63,463 nt of DNA, filler included, from Collodictyon triciliatum (GCA_043381765.1; 6 parts of 6 records of this genome joined end to end with filler, not necessarily neighbours in it), one strand, 5' to 3'. Shown: positions 12,175 to 26,168, counted from the first letter of the whole stretch. Made by a program: numbers and translations. The notes: generated by a model not told the origin, from the sequence alone.

Positions 12175-15100
12175 ATGTCTGCTTCCGGTCTAAAGCAGAA
12201 AGCGGTCATCCGAGTCCAGGTACCACCAGACAGAAACTTTGCCTTCTCGGTGGATACCACCCAGAATGTTGCCGCCTCGATGGAATCCATTTGCAAGAAG
12301 GTTTGCTTCCGACATATGCGAGCAATAAGTAACCTCCAATTATCCCGAGCCCATTTTATTCTTTCAAAAAAAGAAAGATGAGATTGAAAATAAAGAAGAA
12401 AAAGAAAAGAAACGCTCATACTGCCACTAGCTTGGAATACTCTCTTTCCCCCCATACACACATACACATTATTTTTTTTTTTTACTCATTCCTGACAGGT
12501 TGGTATTTAGCCATCTTATGAGTTTTTTTTTCTTTTTCTCGCACGTTCAAACAGGTTGGCCCCATTCGCCCGTTTACCGAGTATACTTTATGCTACAATG
12601 ATGGGACAAAGCAGGTACTTCTTGATATTGAACGACCCTTCGGTGAGCAGCTTCGTGATCCAATCCCCGAATTCCAGCTCCATCTTCTTCCTCAGTTTAT
12701 GGTAAAAAAAATTTTTCAGATTAATATCACCCATTGCCAAGTCTATTTAGCACCGGCTGTCTTATCTGAATCTGTCTCAGATGCAATATCTTTTTGGTAT
12801 TAGGCAGCTGACATGATTCGCAATCTTGGGACAACTGATCCGAAGATTTTAAAGGATTGCATGTTTAAGCTCAAGACTTATTTCAACGTAATGCTGACAA
12901 TGACTGCTAATTTTTTTTTTTTAAAAAAAATCATGTAATCTTCCCTCGCTCATCACTTTTATAAATAAATGTTGCATTCACGGCTATAAATTAAATCTTT
13001 TCCAAAATATTTAAAGGATGAACATTTCGTGGAGGCCTTCATCGATCAAGACGGTATCCCTGTGTTGGTATCTGTCGTTGTAGAAATCCGAGGTTCTACG
13101 CAGGTATTTGAAGACACAAATCTGAGTCCTTCTTATGATATCCCTTTTGAAAACGATATTATACACAATCTATCAGGGATATGGGCTACAAGCTCTAAGA
13201 TCTGTAATGGTGTACGAATCAGCTATGACAAAGTTCACGGACACAAGAGAACTTACCGAGAAGCTTATTCCGTTACTCGATAGGTCTATTTTTTTGACCA
13301 AGCGCGATTAATCAAACATTTTTCATTTTGAATATTATTGATTGAAATAAATACTTAATGGTATCTTAATATATGGCCGCATATAGCAAGACAACGAGTG
13401 TTACGAGACAAGTCTTGGAGTTGCTAATCGTCATTTGCGATAATTGTGGATTCAAACTAATCCATGACGCGATGAAATGTACTGCTCGATATGCCGGACT
13501 AGAGCCGTACGAGAACTTGATTCTTATTCTTGGAAGCGGCGATTTAGATACGAAGGTACAATACAATTACAATCTATAATCATTAATTTTCTAGCAAACT
13601 TTATTTTTGTGCTTTCGTTGCAAGTGTCAATCATTTATTCAATCATTTGCTTACATCTAATTCATGTCATACGTGGCTTGAATAGTACTTTTCCTTGATA
13701 CCCCATATCAACTGTAATACAATTATAGGTCAATTGTCTGGCTTTAATGAACACTCTTCTTCACCGGGCTCCAAACCGCCAGAAGGCCACTAAACTACAG
13801 CATAGATGGGAGAAATTGGGTCTTTTATCTCGATTGCGGGTATTTCATATTTTTTTTTATTTCCAACCTCTATAAATCCATTTTTCTCAAAGATATTTAA
13901 AATACACTCGCCAATATCACCAAATTAAAAATAATTTTTTTATCGGCTCTTCACAGAAAGATTCTGAAATCAAAGCGCAAGAATACCAAAACCAGCTCAC
14001 CCTCTTTAAGGCAATATTAACATCATATACACTTTGTTTACTTTTAATATCGGTTCTTTTGGTCAGTTTTTCATTCATATTTTTCTTTCATCATAAATGG
14101 TTTAGGATTTCACAAATGTTGACCTCAGCGAAGAAGCCGCCGTGCGAGATGTCGTCGCTGCGGAAACAATCGTAAACATAAGCCCCTTTCTCTCAGAGTA
14201 CGAATCCCAACAACCCAAGATTTTGCTCCTCCGAGAAGAACTCCATAGAATGCACAGTACTTTCTACGAGGTAAATTCACTAGGGATTTATATTAAAAGT
14301 CAACACAGTGAATGACGAAACTCACAAAAAAAAACTGGAGTTTTCGTCTATGTCATCAAGCTTGCCTTTTCGCTTTCTCGTAGGCCATCACCCAAGGCGG
14401 TTTCATAAATGTCTTTGCTCCTACCCAACGATTTGATGAAACGACCAGCATACTAAGCCAGGAACCCGTAGACCATCCTGTTAATCTTTCTATCCTTGAC
14501 CAAAGTACACGATCGTCTTTAGATGATACTTTATTCAACAAACAAACCACCAATAATATTTCTCTATTATTTAAGTTGAAAATTTTATATGCCTTAACTT
14601 ATGGTGCACTATGTTGCTTTCTTTATCTTTATATCGCTCTAACACGTAGCTTTTATATAGTCCTCAACTGGGATCCATCGCAAGTAGCTAATCCAGATTC
14701 CGTCTCTCCACGCTTGGTTTTCACTTGCACTCCTTTGTCTCAAAAGTACGAGCCTGCAATCGACCACGAACTTGCACCAATCGAAGAGGCCTTACCCGAA
14801 GCACCATACACCCAATTAAAGCTGCCAAATGTCGAAGCAACTCATGAAACAAATGCAGGTAAGATTGGTTCTTATTATTCGACATGTTTATTATTATCAT
14901 TATGAATCCGTTGTTTTTTTAAGTTTAATTGTAAAAAATTAAACCTCAAGAAAATGTACCAAGCTCAGACCAATATTTACGAGCACGGTTCAATCATCAA
15001 TGTCATAGGCATCACGGCCTCACCAGCTTCGGATTTAAGTTCAACCCAACTACTAAAAGTACCGACAGTCGATAAGGTATTCTCGATAAGCTTCCTCTAA

Positions 15101-18100
15101 TGGAATATTTAAATTAGCCCACCATTTAACTTCTTATTTTGCCCAGTTCAAAAATAGGATACCATCTTAAATACAACTTGTTAAAAATGAAACAGATTTA
15201 ATAAGACCTCTTTAAAATGAAGAGAATATCAAAATTTAACTGGTTGTTTGGGATTACGTTTTCTTTATTTTCGTAGATTCTCACTGAAACGATTCTATAT
15301 CAACTTTTATATTAAAAATATGAAAAGGGTGTTCAAGTGGAAGATGATTCAGCTCCAGTCCCACTCCCAGTTCCACTTCCAAGCGTGCCAATTCCCTCCA
15401 TCAGCATATCAACTATCTCTTCCGAGGACACCAAGCCCCGAAGCTCAGTCGATTCTTCTCGAGCAATTGTTTCCTTGGCTCCGGTTTGCGGTGTTTTGTT
15501 TCATTAAAATTTTCAAAGTCCAAAAGACGGCACATATATATATGATTACTAATGGAAACTAATCAATATGTATGTCTCCAACATGGCCAAACATAGCGAA
15601 AACCAGCGCGAGTCAACTCTATCGGGCGACAAGGTCTTGGCGCCAGCCTCAATCCATCTATCGCACGGGAAACTGTCAGCATTTCTGGCGCAGTCCTTCA
15701 AAACATGTTGAATAGAACCGAGGCTATACCAAAACCGCCGGCCGATAGAGATTCATCTTCCATCAGCCAGCCTCTTCAGGTGCCCACTGCAAACAGCCTT
15801 CGGGGCTCTGTTAGACTTTCGGCCCGCTTCACAGCCATCAATCCGATATCGGCGCCTGTCCCTGCTCCACCACCGCCTCCACCAGCTCCTGGGATTCCTG
15901 CCGGACCCGGAATGCCACCACCTCCGCCACCACCTGGAATGTCACGTAACATAACCAAAATTCTGGATTTGATATATGACGATAAAGATAACGATAATGA
16001 TAATTATAATGACAACGATAATGATAGTGACGGCCATCATAATCATCATATCATATCACGCAAGCATATCTTTTGAAATGAAAAAATATTTTATCAAAAT
16101 AAACTATCACGATAGTGGCACCGAAGCCCACAAAACCTATTGTCAAACCAAACTCTACCATGAAGCCACTCCACTGGAAAAGAATCCTCAATCCACCTCA
16201 GAAGTACTTCCATTTATTCTTGAAAGAAAGCTTATTTGTCATTCATACTTCGTATCGTGATACTATCGTTTGCTCAACAAAAAAACTAGCGTGACAATTT
16301 TATGAAATCATTTGAAACTATAACCACCAGCTCACAAAGAGGAGAGACTACCTCGACAATATGGGAATCAGTACAAGAGCCAAAACTCAATTTCGACGCC
16401 CTTGAATCTCTCTTCAAGATGAAGCAATCTGAAAGTATTTATATATATTTTAGAATGATTGGACTAATAATAATGACACATGGTTGCATTTAATTAAAAA
16501 AAAAAACGAATAATAGTCTCAACACCCGATTCAAAATCTGGTAACCAGAAGGTAATTCTGGCGTCTATTGATTCCATTTTTTTAAAATGCAAAACCTTAC
16601 CTAATTGAAATGGAGAGACATGAAAGGAACACTCGAATAGCGTATTAATAATAAATTGTAAGGTTGTTGATGTGAGAAGAGTACTGGACCCCAAACGGTC
16701 TTACATGATTGGAATCCGTATGGCTCGTCTCCCAACAGTAGAGGTTATTCTTGAAGGTTTCAGTTTATCCCATAATATATCATCAATTGTTGATAATCAT
16801 TTTAGATGAATAAAACAGTTAAATGAAATCGAATATTTTACAATAATGAGAGATATATCAAAATATCAGATAAAATGGTAATAAAATGGTGCCTTACATC
16901 ACACACGACTGTGCTTTGGTTCAAAGATTAATTTCACATACTAGCTCTTGCATCCATGGATGAGAACAAATTAACAGTGGAGGACCTTCAAGGATTAATT
17001 TCCTGTGTAAGTGTCATCATAGTCCACAACAAACACTGACTTACTGGGCTACATATTTAATTGGGCAGTTTTATGAGATGTTAAGGGGCGAACAAGTTAC
17101 TAATTTTACTCATGTAAAAACATCAGGCCCCGACAAGTGATGAAGTAGAGTCCCTTTTGGCATCACATGGAGAAGACCTCCCCTTTGATAAACCTGAGCA
17201 GTATAATTTAATTTGTGATTTACTCGTTGTGATGTTCAGAGAAATAACGACATCTGGTTAGGTTCCTTCTGCAAATCAACAAAATCCAGAAGTTGGAAGA
17301 CCGAATTAAGTGTTGGATTACTAAAAGACAATTCAGAGAAACTATCGATACTGTGGGGAGACCGTTAGTGACGCTTCAAAGGGCATGCAAAGTAAATTTC
17401 TTTTTGTCTTGACGCATATTAAAAATATCANNNNNNNNNNNNNNNNNNNNNNNNNNNNNNNNNNNNNNNNNNNNNNNNNNNNNNNNNNNNNNNNNNNNNN
17501 NNNNNNNNNNNNNNNNNNNNNNNNNNNNNNNNNNNNNNNNNNNNNNNNNNNNNNNNNNNNNNNNNNNNNNNNNNNNNNNNNNNNNNNNNNNNNNNNNNNN
17601 NNNNNNNNNNNNNNNNNNNNNNNNNNNNNNNNNNNNNNNNNNNNNNNNNNNNNNNNNNNNNNNNNNNNNNNNNNNNNNNNNNNNNNNNNNNNNNNNNNNN
17701 NNNNNNNNNNNNNNNNNNNNNNNNNNNNNNNNNNNNNNNNNNNNNNNNNNNNNNNNNNNNNNNNNNNNNNNNNNNNNNNNNNNNNNNNNNNNNNNNNNNN
17801 NNNNNNNNNNNNNNNNNNNNNNNNNNNNNNNNNNNNNNNNNNNNNNNNNNNNNNNNNNNNNNNNNNNTGCCACTTTGTAGTTGTCTGTGCGCCTTGCTAT
17901 ATACTAGAATGTTTTTTTTTTCATTTTTCTTAAACTAAAATAATTACTCAGATAAAGGAGAGCTATCCAGAGGCATTAAAACTACCGGATGAATTGACAT
18001 TAGCGAAGGAAGGTATGTTAGAAATCATTCTGTAACTTCTTATTATTGTTTTATATATTATTATTAATATTATTAGAAGTCGATGTAGAAAAGAGGTAAT

Positions 18101-19272
18101 TCTTTCTAATAGCAATTACAGTACTTATCCTAATATTTAATATTACTAGCATCAACCATCTCGCTGACTACAATTGGCAATGACCTCCAGAAAATCATTA
18201 AAGATCTTAGCTGTATGAATATTGAAAATACTATCAAAATATACAATATCTATGATGATATGATTTATTGGCCACTCAACTTATCCACATTTTTGTTTCA
18301 TTCTCTTACTGTTTTTCTAGCAATCAGAATGCTTGCAGAGGGTGTTGTCGCAGTCGTGCCAAGAAGCGATCCTTTTGTAGTCCAAATTCCAAAGTTTCTT
18401 GCTGAAGGTTATCCCATTCCTATCACAAACCAAACCATGATTCATGCAACTGGACTCTGATATTTTCTTGCTCGACATACTAATTACTTGCGTCTTTTTT
18501 TGTTTTTGTTTTATTACTATGTTGGGATAGCCGACAAGCAACTTTCGAACATTCAAAAGCAGTTACATGACACAACACAATCGTTCCACGACCTACTGTC
18601 ATTCTTTGGTCTCTCCAAGCAGCAATTCTCACAGGTTCAGTGTTATATCCAATTTAAAAAAATAGGAGAATCATACTCTTACCCTAAACGGGTTTGAAAT
18701 TAATCTATATGATTTTAATAATTCATTTTATTTTACAAAATAATAACCCTCCTCTTATGCACTACACCCATAATTCTTAGGAAACCAGCGAGGACTATTT
18801 TATGAACTTAACAAACTTTGTTCTGGGCTTCAAACAATATGCAGCTCTCGAAGACAAACCAAAGTTTGTCCGAAACATAACCAAAAGCTTAAGTCAGATA
18901 TATGAAGATAAACAAAAAAAAAAATGAGGGAGTTCTTGAAGTAAATAGCTAAGACCATTGCTAACCTACTCATATATAGACAAAAGGTATTTGGTCGAAA
19001 GATTGGGGGTGTTCAACGAGAAGGAGAAGACCCCATGGCGGCAGTTGTTCAATCAATCAGGTTCTATGACTCTGAACCTTGAATTTCTCATTGCCCGTCT
19101 CAGACGAGCAGTCCTTGTGAATGTTTTTACATTGTGGGTGGAAAGGCACGTCTCTCGAAAGAAACTGGCAACTCTAAGACTTACGTGAGCTCTTTTTTTT
19201 TTTCTTTTCTTTTTTTTTTTTCTTCTAAGGTTAAACATCTCCCAGCGCGGAACTGCCAAGAACGCGGAATGA
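12175..19272 (+). CDS. Formin with FHOD-like N-terminal GBD/FH3 region, FH1 and FH2 domains
   Basis: Spliced exons give DEHFVEAFIDQDGIPVLV...QGYGLQALRSVM...VTRQVLELLIVIC...EPYENLILIL...DTKVNCLALMNTLL (FHOD1/3-like armadillo region), a polyproline FH1 (~15853-15936), and FH2 motifs MKPLHWKRI, TIWESV, LESLF, VLDPKRSYMIGI and LDKPEQFL. C-terminus DPMAAVVQSIRLNISQRGTAKNAE*. Part of FH2 lies in the gap at 17431-17867. Confidence 0.92.
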
Positions 19273-19516
19273 AAGGTTGAATCTCTCAGAGTCCCGCCGT
19301 TCGCAGGAGAAATCCTACTGACCTCTTGCGAATCACAACAAATAAAATAAAAAACGAAAAGAAAAAAATGCATGAGAGAAATAAAACGAATTAGAAATGA
19401 AAAGAAAAAATGCGTGAGAAATAAAACGAGACAAACGAGAAATGGTGGATGAGAATAAAAATAAAGAAAAGTGAATATATACTTTATATACTGTAATACG
19501 ATTCCCCAATGCAAGA

Positions 19517-19590
19517 GCTCCTGTAGCTCAATCTGGTAGAGCATTGGTCTTATGAGCCAAAGGTCGCGGGTTCGATTCCCGCCCGGAGCA
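19517..19590 (+). tRNA. tRNA-Ile(UAU), intronless
   Basis: Cloverleaf with acceptor GCTCCTG/CCGGAGC, D-arm GCTC/GAGC, anticodon arm TTGGT-CTTATGA-GCCAA and T-arm GCGGG-TTCGATT-CCCGC; a TTTTT Pol III terminator follows. Confidence 0.95.
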
Positions 19591-20656
19591 TCTGTTTTTG
19601 GTGCGACATGGGTTTTTTTTTTGCTCCGATGATGTTGCCCTAGAACCACCTCAGACCCTTGGATTGGAAGTTTAATCGAAGCTCTTTGTGACCCAGTATG
19701 CAGTGAATATCGGGACCATAATTCGCAAGGTTTATTATGCGGGCGTCCGTTGTCTCACGCCATACTTCATTATCGTAAGATACACGCGTTCAAGCCGCCA
19801 GTATGACCTGCAGGCGACATAGGTTCGAAAATTCTTTGTGGTTAATGCTGCAAACTAACATGTGCGGCGTCGGCCCCTCCTTGCAAAGTGCCAGAATGTG
19901 TTAGTCTGTTCGCGCAAACCGTCTTTATCTCTGTGTGGATTGCTATTAAAAAAAAGCTTAGCAGAGGATTTGGCTTTGTCTAGAGCGAAGTCATATATCT
20001 GCGATATAGAGCCTTAAACAGCGATTCTGAAAGGAAACTGTGACTTAGTGACCTGTTTCGGGGCTGATGCGGAAGGCTACCCTTAATGCCATGTAGTCGC
20101 TTTCGGTAGTTTCCTCATCGATTACATCACGTAGGTGTCTCTCTTTGGTCAAGGTAAAGTTAGTAATCAACACGATGGAGAGTGGCAATCAAATAAAGAT
20201 GTATTAATCACCGAAAGAGAAATAGCTTCGCCTACTCCCACTTGTTTGGTTATATTTGAAGAAGAAAAAAAGAACGTGGGTACGCCTTATGAAAGATATG
20301 CTCATGCCGTTGTGACAGAAAAGTTTTTCTGCATGAATAAAATGCTATCCTTTGGTAGGCGACATATTAAAAAAAAATTGCATCTTCAGACACAATTCGC
20401 AATCTATTAAGTAACTTGGTACATATATTTCGAGACTGTTGTCTTTAAAATGTACGGCCCATTTTTCTGTTGGCTTCATATATATACTGGCATTATTTTC
20501 ATGGCTACTAAGTATTGAAATCAATATTTAGTGCTTACAAATTAATTTAACAACGCGTGCTGTGCGAATCTTTAGTCTATGCTTCTTCACACACCACAAA
20601 TACTTCGTAACGAAATAGATACTTCATAGTGTGTAAATTTCTTGGCGCAGGCAAGA

Positions 20657-20730
20657 GCTCCTGTAGCTCAATCTGGTAGAGCATTGGTCTTATGAGCCAA
20701 AGGTCGCGGGTTCGATTCCCGCCCGGAGCA
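20657..20730 (+). tRNA. tRNA-Ile(UAU), identical second copy
   Basis: Sequence identical to 19517-19590, 1140 bp downstream, with the same T-run terminator. Confidence 0.95.
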
Positions 20731-20902
20731 TCTGTTTTTGCCTAATGTCGCCCACTTGTTTTATGTCTACTAAGTTTTTATGTTTTTTATGTTTTTTTTA
20801 TGTTTTTTTTATGTTTTTTTTATGTTTTTTTATGTTTTTTTATGTTTTTTTATGTTTTTTTATGTTTTTTTATGTTTTTTTATGTTTTTTTATGTTTTTT
20901 TA

Positions 20903-21002
20903 NNNNNNNNNNNNNNNNNNNNNNNNNNNNNNNNNNNNNNNNNNNNTTAATTAATTAANNNNNNNNNNNNNNNNNNNNNNNNNNNNNNNNNNNNNNNNNN
21001 NN
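20903..21002. other. Artificial contig spacer
   Basis: N44-TTAATTAATTAA-N44. Confidence 0.97.
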
Positions 21003-23190
21003 TTGTCAATCCATTTTGATGTTTCTAAAAATAAAAATCCAAAATAATGTATTTGCGGTGGGATTAGTCATTCAAAATATGAATCTGGCGATTTTTTCAA
21101 CTAAATAAAGTTATGAATGAGCACCGGCGTCGTAAACCCAAACGTCATTTAGTCTAGATGATGGCCCACATCCTGTGAGATAAATCAGTCTATTTTTAAC
21201 CCTGGTGAATGCGGCATTGCTTCTAGGAGATGGAGCCACAATCGGGTAGGTCTTTAGGTAATTCGGCTCTGGAAAACTTTCGGTGATAAATGATTTTGAT
21301 TCTATGAATAGTTCAGGGATATTAAATTACTACAATAGTAAATTATTTGAATTATCTCATGTGATGGTGAATATTCTATGATTTTTTGTAAATGAAAAGA
21401 TATTGATATATTACTTAAATCCAAAACTGTCATGTTATTTGTGAGTAAGGATGCTCCACTATCCAAGGAACCACTGAAAGAAAACATTTTGTCTTGGTAG
21501 ATTATTGGAGCTCCCATGAAAAAAGGCTTAGAAATTATTTCTTCGGGTGGATTCCATTCATGATTCGCTTCAAAATATCAAATTTAAAATGAAAAAAACT
21601 GTCTTTATATAAATTATTACAAGGTTAAAATAATATAGCAGTACGTCAGATATTGATATAAGAATGAAGCGAACATATAAATGCACAATATTAAAAGCTA
21701 TTTACTCAGGTTAAAAGTCCAGTATTTTGAATAGAGCCTATTGTATATGTCAACACCGCTGAAAAAGACTAAGCGACCATCGTACAGCCCCATTTGAGAA
21801 TAGGTTAATAAAGCTTGGTTGACGTTGGTTGAAGTAAGTGCCGATATAAAGCTAAACCAAATTTGAGTCTCTGTGTGCATTTACAAGAAGAAAAAGAAAA
21901 AAAGAAATTAATAAAAAAAAATNNNNNNNNNNNNNNNNNNNNNNNNNNNNNNNNNNNNNNNNNNNNNNNNNNNNNNNNNNNNNNNNNNNNNNNNNNNNNN
22001 NNNNNNNNNNNNNNNNNNNNNNNNNNNNNNNNNNNNNNNNNNNNNNNNNNNNNNNNNNNNNNNNNNNNNNNNNNNNNNNNNNNNNNNNNNNNNNNNNNNN
22101 NNNNNNNNNNNNNNNNNNNNNNNNNNNNNNNNNNNNNNNNNNNNNNNNNNNNNNNNNNNNNNNNNNNNNNNNNNNNNNNNNNNNNNNNNNNNNNNNNNNN
22201 NNNNNNNNNNNNNNNNNNNNNNNNNNNNNNNNNNNNNNNNNNNNNNNNNNNNNNNNNNNNNNNNNNNNNNNNNNNNNNNNNNNNNNNNNNNNNNNNNNNN
22301 NNNNNNNNNNNNNNNNNNNNNNNNNNNNNNNNNNNNNNNNNNNNNNNNNNNNNNNNNNNNNNNNNNNNNNNNNNNNNNNNNNNNNNNNNNNNNNNNNNNN
22401 NNNNNNNNNNNNNNNNNNNNNNNNNNNNNNNNNNNNNNNNNNNNNNNNNNNNNNNNNNNNNNNNNNNNNNNNNNNNNNNNNNNNNNNNNNNNNNNNNNNN
22501 NNNNNNNNNNNNNNNNNNNNNNNNNNNNNNNNNNNNNNNNNNNNNNNNNNNNNNNNNNNNNNNNNNNNNNNNNNNNNNNNNNNNNNNNNNNNNNNNNNNN
22601 NNNNNNNNNNNNNNNNNNNNNNNNNNNNNNNNNNNNNNNNNNNNNNNNNNNNNNNNNNNNNNNNNNNNNNNNNNNNNNNNNNNNNNNNNNNNNNNNNNNN
22701 NNNNNNNNNNNNNNNNNNNNNNNNNNNNNNNNNNNNNNNNNNNNNNNNNNNNNNNNNNNNNNNNNNNNNNNNNNNNNNNNNNNNNNNNNNNNNNNNNNNN
22801 NNNNNNNNNNNNNNNNNNNNNNNNNNNNNNNNNNNNNNNNNNNNNNNNNNNNNNNNNNNNNAAAAGATGCTGCGTGCTGTTGTATGGTTGTAAGGGGAGA
22901 ATATTTGCCTATCAAAAGACTAAGGTGCTCATATTAATTAAAGAAAAATCGAATTAAATTAGAATAAAACAAAAAAAGGAACATAGTATAAAAATAAAAA
23001 TAGATAAACCGCGAGATAATAAAAAGAAAAAAAGACACAAACTTCCCAGTGAAGCACCAAGAGATGTACACAGGAGCGACGCCCAAACGGCAACGAGAAA
23101 CGCAACCTGCCGGGCGCTGCAAAACGCAAAGACCATGCCTACGAGCCAGACAAATAAATGAAGCCTTCTGGACTCCCTTTGTATTTGCAA
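21003..23190 (-). CDS. Secreted or membrane kelch-repeat (beta-propeller) protein, 3' partial
   Basis: A hydrophobic first exon (MQIQRESRRLHLFVWLVGMVFAFCSARQVAFLVAVWASLLCTSLGASLG) is followed by blade-like exons: LVFFSGVD...YWTFNL; MFSFSGS...MTVLDL; APSPRSNAAF...LIYLTG...LNDVWVYDA. The first-exon link crosses an N gap. Confidence 0.75.
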
Positions 23191-23560
23191 CCCGCTGGAA
23201 GAAGAATCACGAGCTGCTCTGTTCTACGTTTGCGAGTTTCTTATGCTGTCCTGCGCGTTTGTAGTTTTTTCAACCTGCGCCAAAACAGGAAATATCGCGG
23301 CATGTCAATCTGTATCCAAATCCGTTTTGTATTATGTCAATTTTACGATGATGGAAATTATAATGTATATGTCACAAAGTCGATATGAATTTCTACAAAT
23401 GGGCTCATTGTGTTAAAATGTAATATGCAAACGCAATACGTATTAAATAGTCACAATATACACATACAGGGTTGAAATTTAGTAGGGCTTTGTCCATTGC
23501 TGTTGCTTATGCACAAAGAGTGAAAGCGATCAAACCGAAAGAAAGAATCTTGGCTGCGCA
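23191..23560. promoter_or_regulatory. Candidate bidirectional promoter
   Basis: Only 370 bp separate the divergent start codons of the kelch gene (23190, -) and the TBC gene (23561, +). No specific motif identified. Confidence 0.4.
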
Positions 23561-26168
23561 ATGAATCGAGGAAAGTACGCGCGACTCCAGCAGAGAAAGA
23601 AGGCAAAGCATCCCGCAGAAACCGCCAACCACGAAGAACGGGAAAGGCAGCAGAAAGTCCAGCAGATACACAATTTCCTTCGCTCAGACTCGGTGCCCGT
23701 CCTTTTCATCTTCCCCCTCTTCTGTCGAGCCTAGTTTTTCTAATACACTTATTTCATCAGCTATGTGGCTTTTCCTTTGTGTGCAGCTTTTCAGTCCCGC
23801 TCCACCGTCTAACCTTTCAATCACTATGTCATTATTTTCAGTGGACGTCCAAAACTGCCGAAGAATTGAGTCTAGGGGGGTTTGTCAACAGGGAGCTCCG
23901 CCGGAAAGTTTGGGGCAGATTACTCTTTGTTTCTCCTCGAGAAATCGTCGACTACAAGAGTTTGTTTTAGATATATTGAATTACTATATTTATGGGGAGT
24001 CTTGTTTGATGAGCCCTAATCTTCACACTATACATTATGGTTTCTTTTTGTTCAGAGTGCCAGTTATCAATTTCTTGATATGTTGTAATATGAAAAGACC
24101 ATATGTGTGTTTGAAAGTTATTTTATCAAAAAAAAAAAAAAGAAATTTATATACCCTAATTTGATATTCGTCTCCTAAGAGCTTATAAAGGAGCATAAGT
24201 ACACCGACCAAATCGAGAAAGACGTAATACGATCACTGACAAAGCTCGTTGGAACAAAGTCCTCACAGAATATGCATGTTTCCCCATTACAAAGCATACA
24301 CACAATACTTTGGATGTCCTCGTACAAATATTAAAAATTTTCATTATATCAAAAGTCACATTATAGTAGAAAGCGAAGCCAACTGACGCATTGTAAATGT
24401 GTAGCGAAGAGCTTCGGAATGAACTGAGAGACATAATGAATGGAATCTTTTCTGTTCATGAGCACCTTCATTATTATCAGGTTCTCTTTTCAGAAATGAG
24501 ACGAAATGCGTTTTTCTATTTTTCTTTTGAGATTAAACAAGGAGTTATCTCCTACAGGGCTTTAATGACATTTGTTCCATCGCTCTTCTCGAATTGGGAC
24601 CAAAAAATGCGTATGGTGTTGTTGAAAGACTTGCGATGCTACACTTAAGGTATCTAAGACTAAAATAAGAAAAATCTTAATACCTCCAATTAAATTGCTG
24701 ACCAAGAATGTAAAAGCTCCTTTCATGTCTAACTTAATAACTTTTTGATATAAAATATCGCCTTTTAAAACCGTTATATCGTTTTCTGTTTCACACAAAC
24801 AATCGGCAGTGATGCGATGAACAAATCATTTGACTCTACTCGTCGTATTCTATATTTGACATACACATTGCTGGAAATGGTGGACCCCACTTTGTATGCT
24901 CATCTGATATCATGCGACCTCCAGCCGTTCTTTTGCATTAGCTGGATTATAACTTGGTTTGCACATGACATCGATGACCCCATAGTGGTCTGTATCAACT
25001 TTTCACCACACATATTATTTTCTTGTGTGTGTCCGTAGAACAGTTATTCAATGTACTTTTCACATTCAAGCAAGATTAAAGTATGTACGGAATACATCCC
25101 GATGTTACTACTGCCCAAAATAACGCACCACTATATTCAAGGTTGGTCGATTGTTTGATTTCATCATAGCCACGCATCCTTTGATGCCTATCTACATAGG
25201 AATAGAGGTAGGGTCCTTCATTTTCCATTAGGATTTTCATGTTTTTTTTTTTTTTGTACAGATTATTTTTCGTGAATCAATGTGTCATTACCAAAACTAC
25301 AAACGCCTGGGAAATGGATGGTTTTATTCACAATATAAAGAAAATAAGTCTGCAGTTACATAGAGCTAAAAGGAATATCGAGTATATTTTGTAATCACAA
25401 ACTGGTCATCTAATGCTATCCCAAATCAATAAAACTTGTTGTAGCTTATTCTGTATCACAGGGAAGACCTTTTGAAGACAGAAGCTGAGTACAGTTGTCT
25501 TCACCACAAATTGCACAATCTCCCCGACTCCCACCCGCTTGTTGACCAGTGGATTGTGGACTCATATTCTCTTTACAAAAGAATCCCGCCCCTGGTGGTA
25601 TTAGAAAGGGCAAAAGAATCACCAGACACCTTGTGCGTAATCCGCCCATCCACTATCTTTGTCGAGATTTATACATATTGAAATTAACAACTTCTCATTT
25701 CTGTTACTATTTCGTTTTGTGATGTAGAGGAGCACCTGTGGTTGAATCATAGAATGTGATTTCGTTTATATTTCACACTTTTTTTAGGACATGTATAAAT
25801 TCATTTCCTTACAACCGCGAATCCGTTATCCGACCACAGCAGATGGAAGCTTCTCCCACAAAGGAGCCAGACAGGTTAGACGTGCAATATGTTTACTTGA
25901 TTCCAAAAAATCAGAAATTTATCAACTACAACCGAGTCAGTTCGGCCAGCTCCATCTCCAGCTCCAGCTCCATCTCCATCTCCATGTCCCGAAGTTAATC
26001 ACTCGCCCAATACCACCTTTCTCACAAAGCACAACCAGGGGAGCAATAGAGGAGCAGAAGTCCAATGGTGAAACAAACAGCTCGTGGCACGTCAGCCCGC
26101 TAATCTTGATCGCTCTGCCATTCATAGCCTCCGCCGTGAACATGCTGATTACGAACGAAGTCGCCTAG
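23561..26168 (+). CDS. TBC1D20: TBC-domain Rab GTPase-activating protein, TBC1D20/Gyp8-like, with C-terminal membrane anchor
   Basis: Spliced exons give GGFVNRELRRKVWGRLL, QIEKDVIRSL (Arg finger), LHYYQGFNDI (Gln finger), PFFCISWIITWFAHD and RLFDFIIATHPLMPIY, then a hydrophobic tail PLILIALPFIASAVNMLI. Confidence 0.9.
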
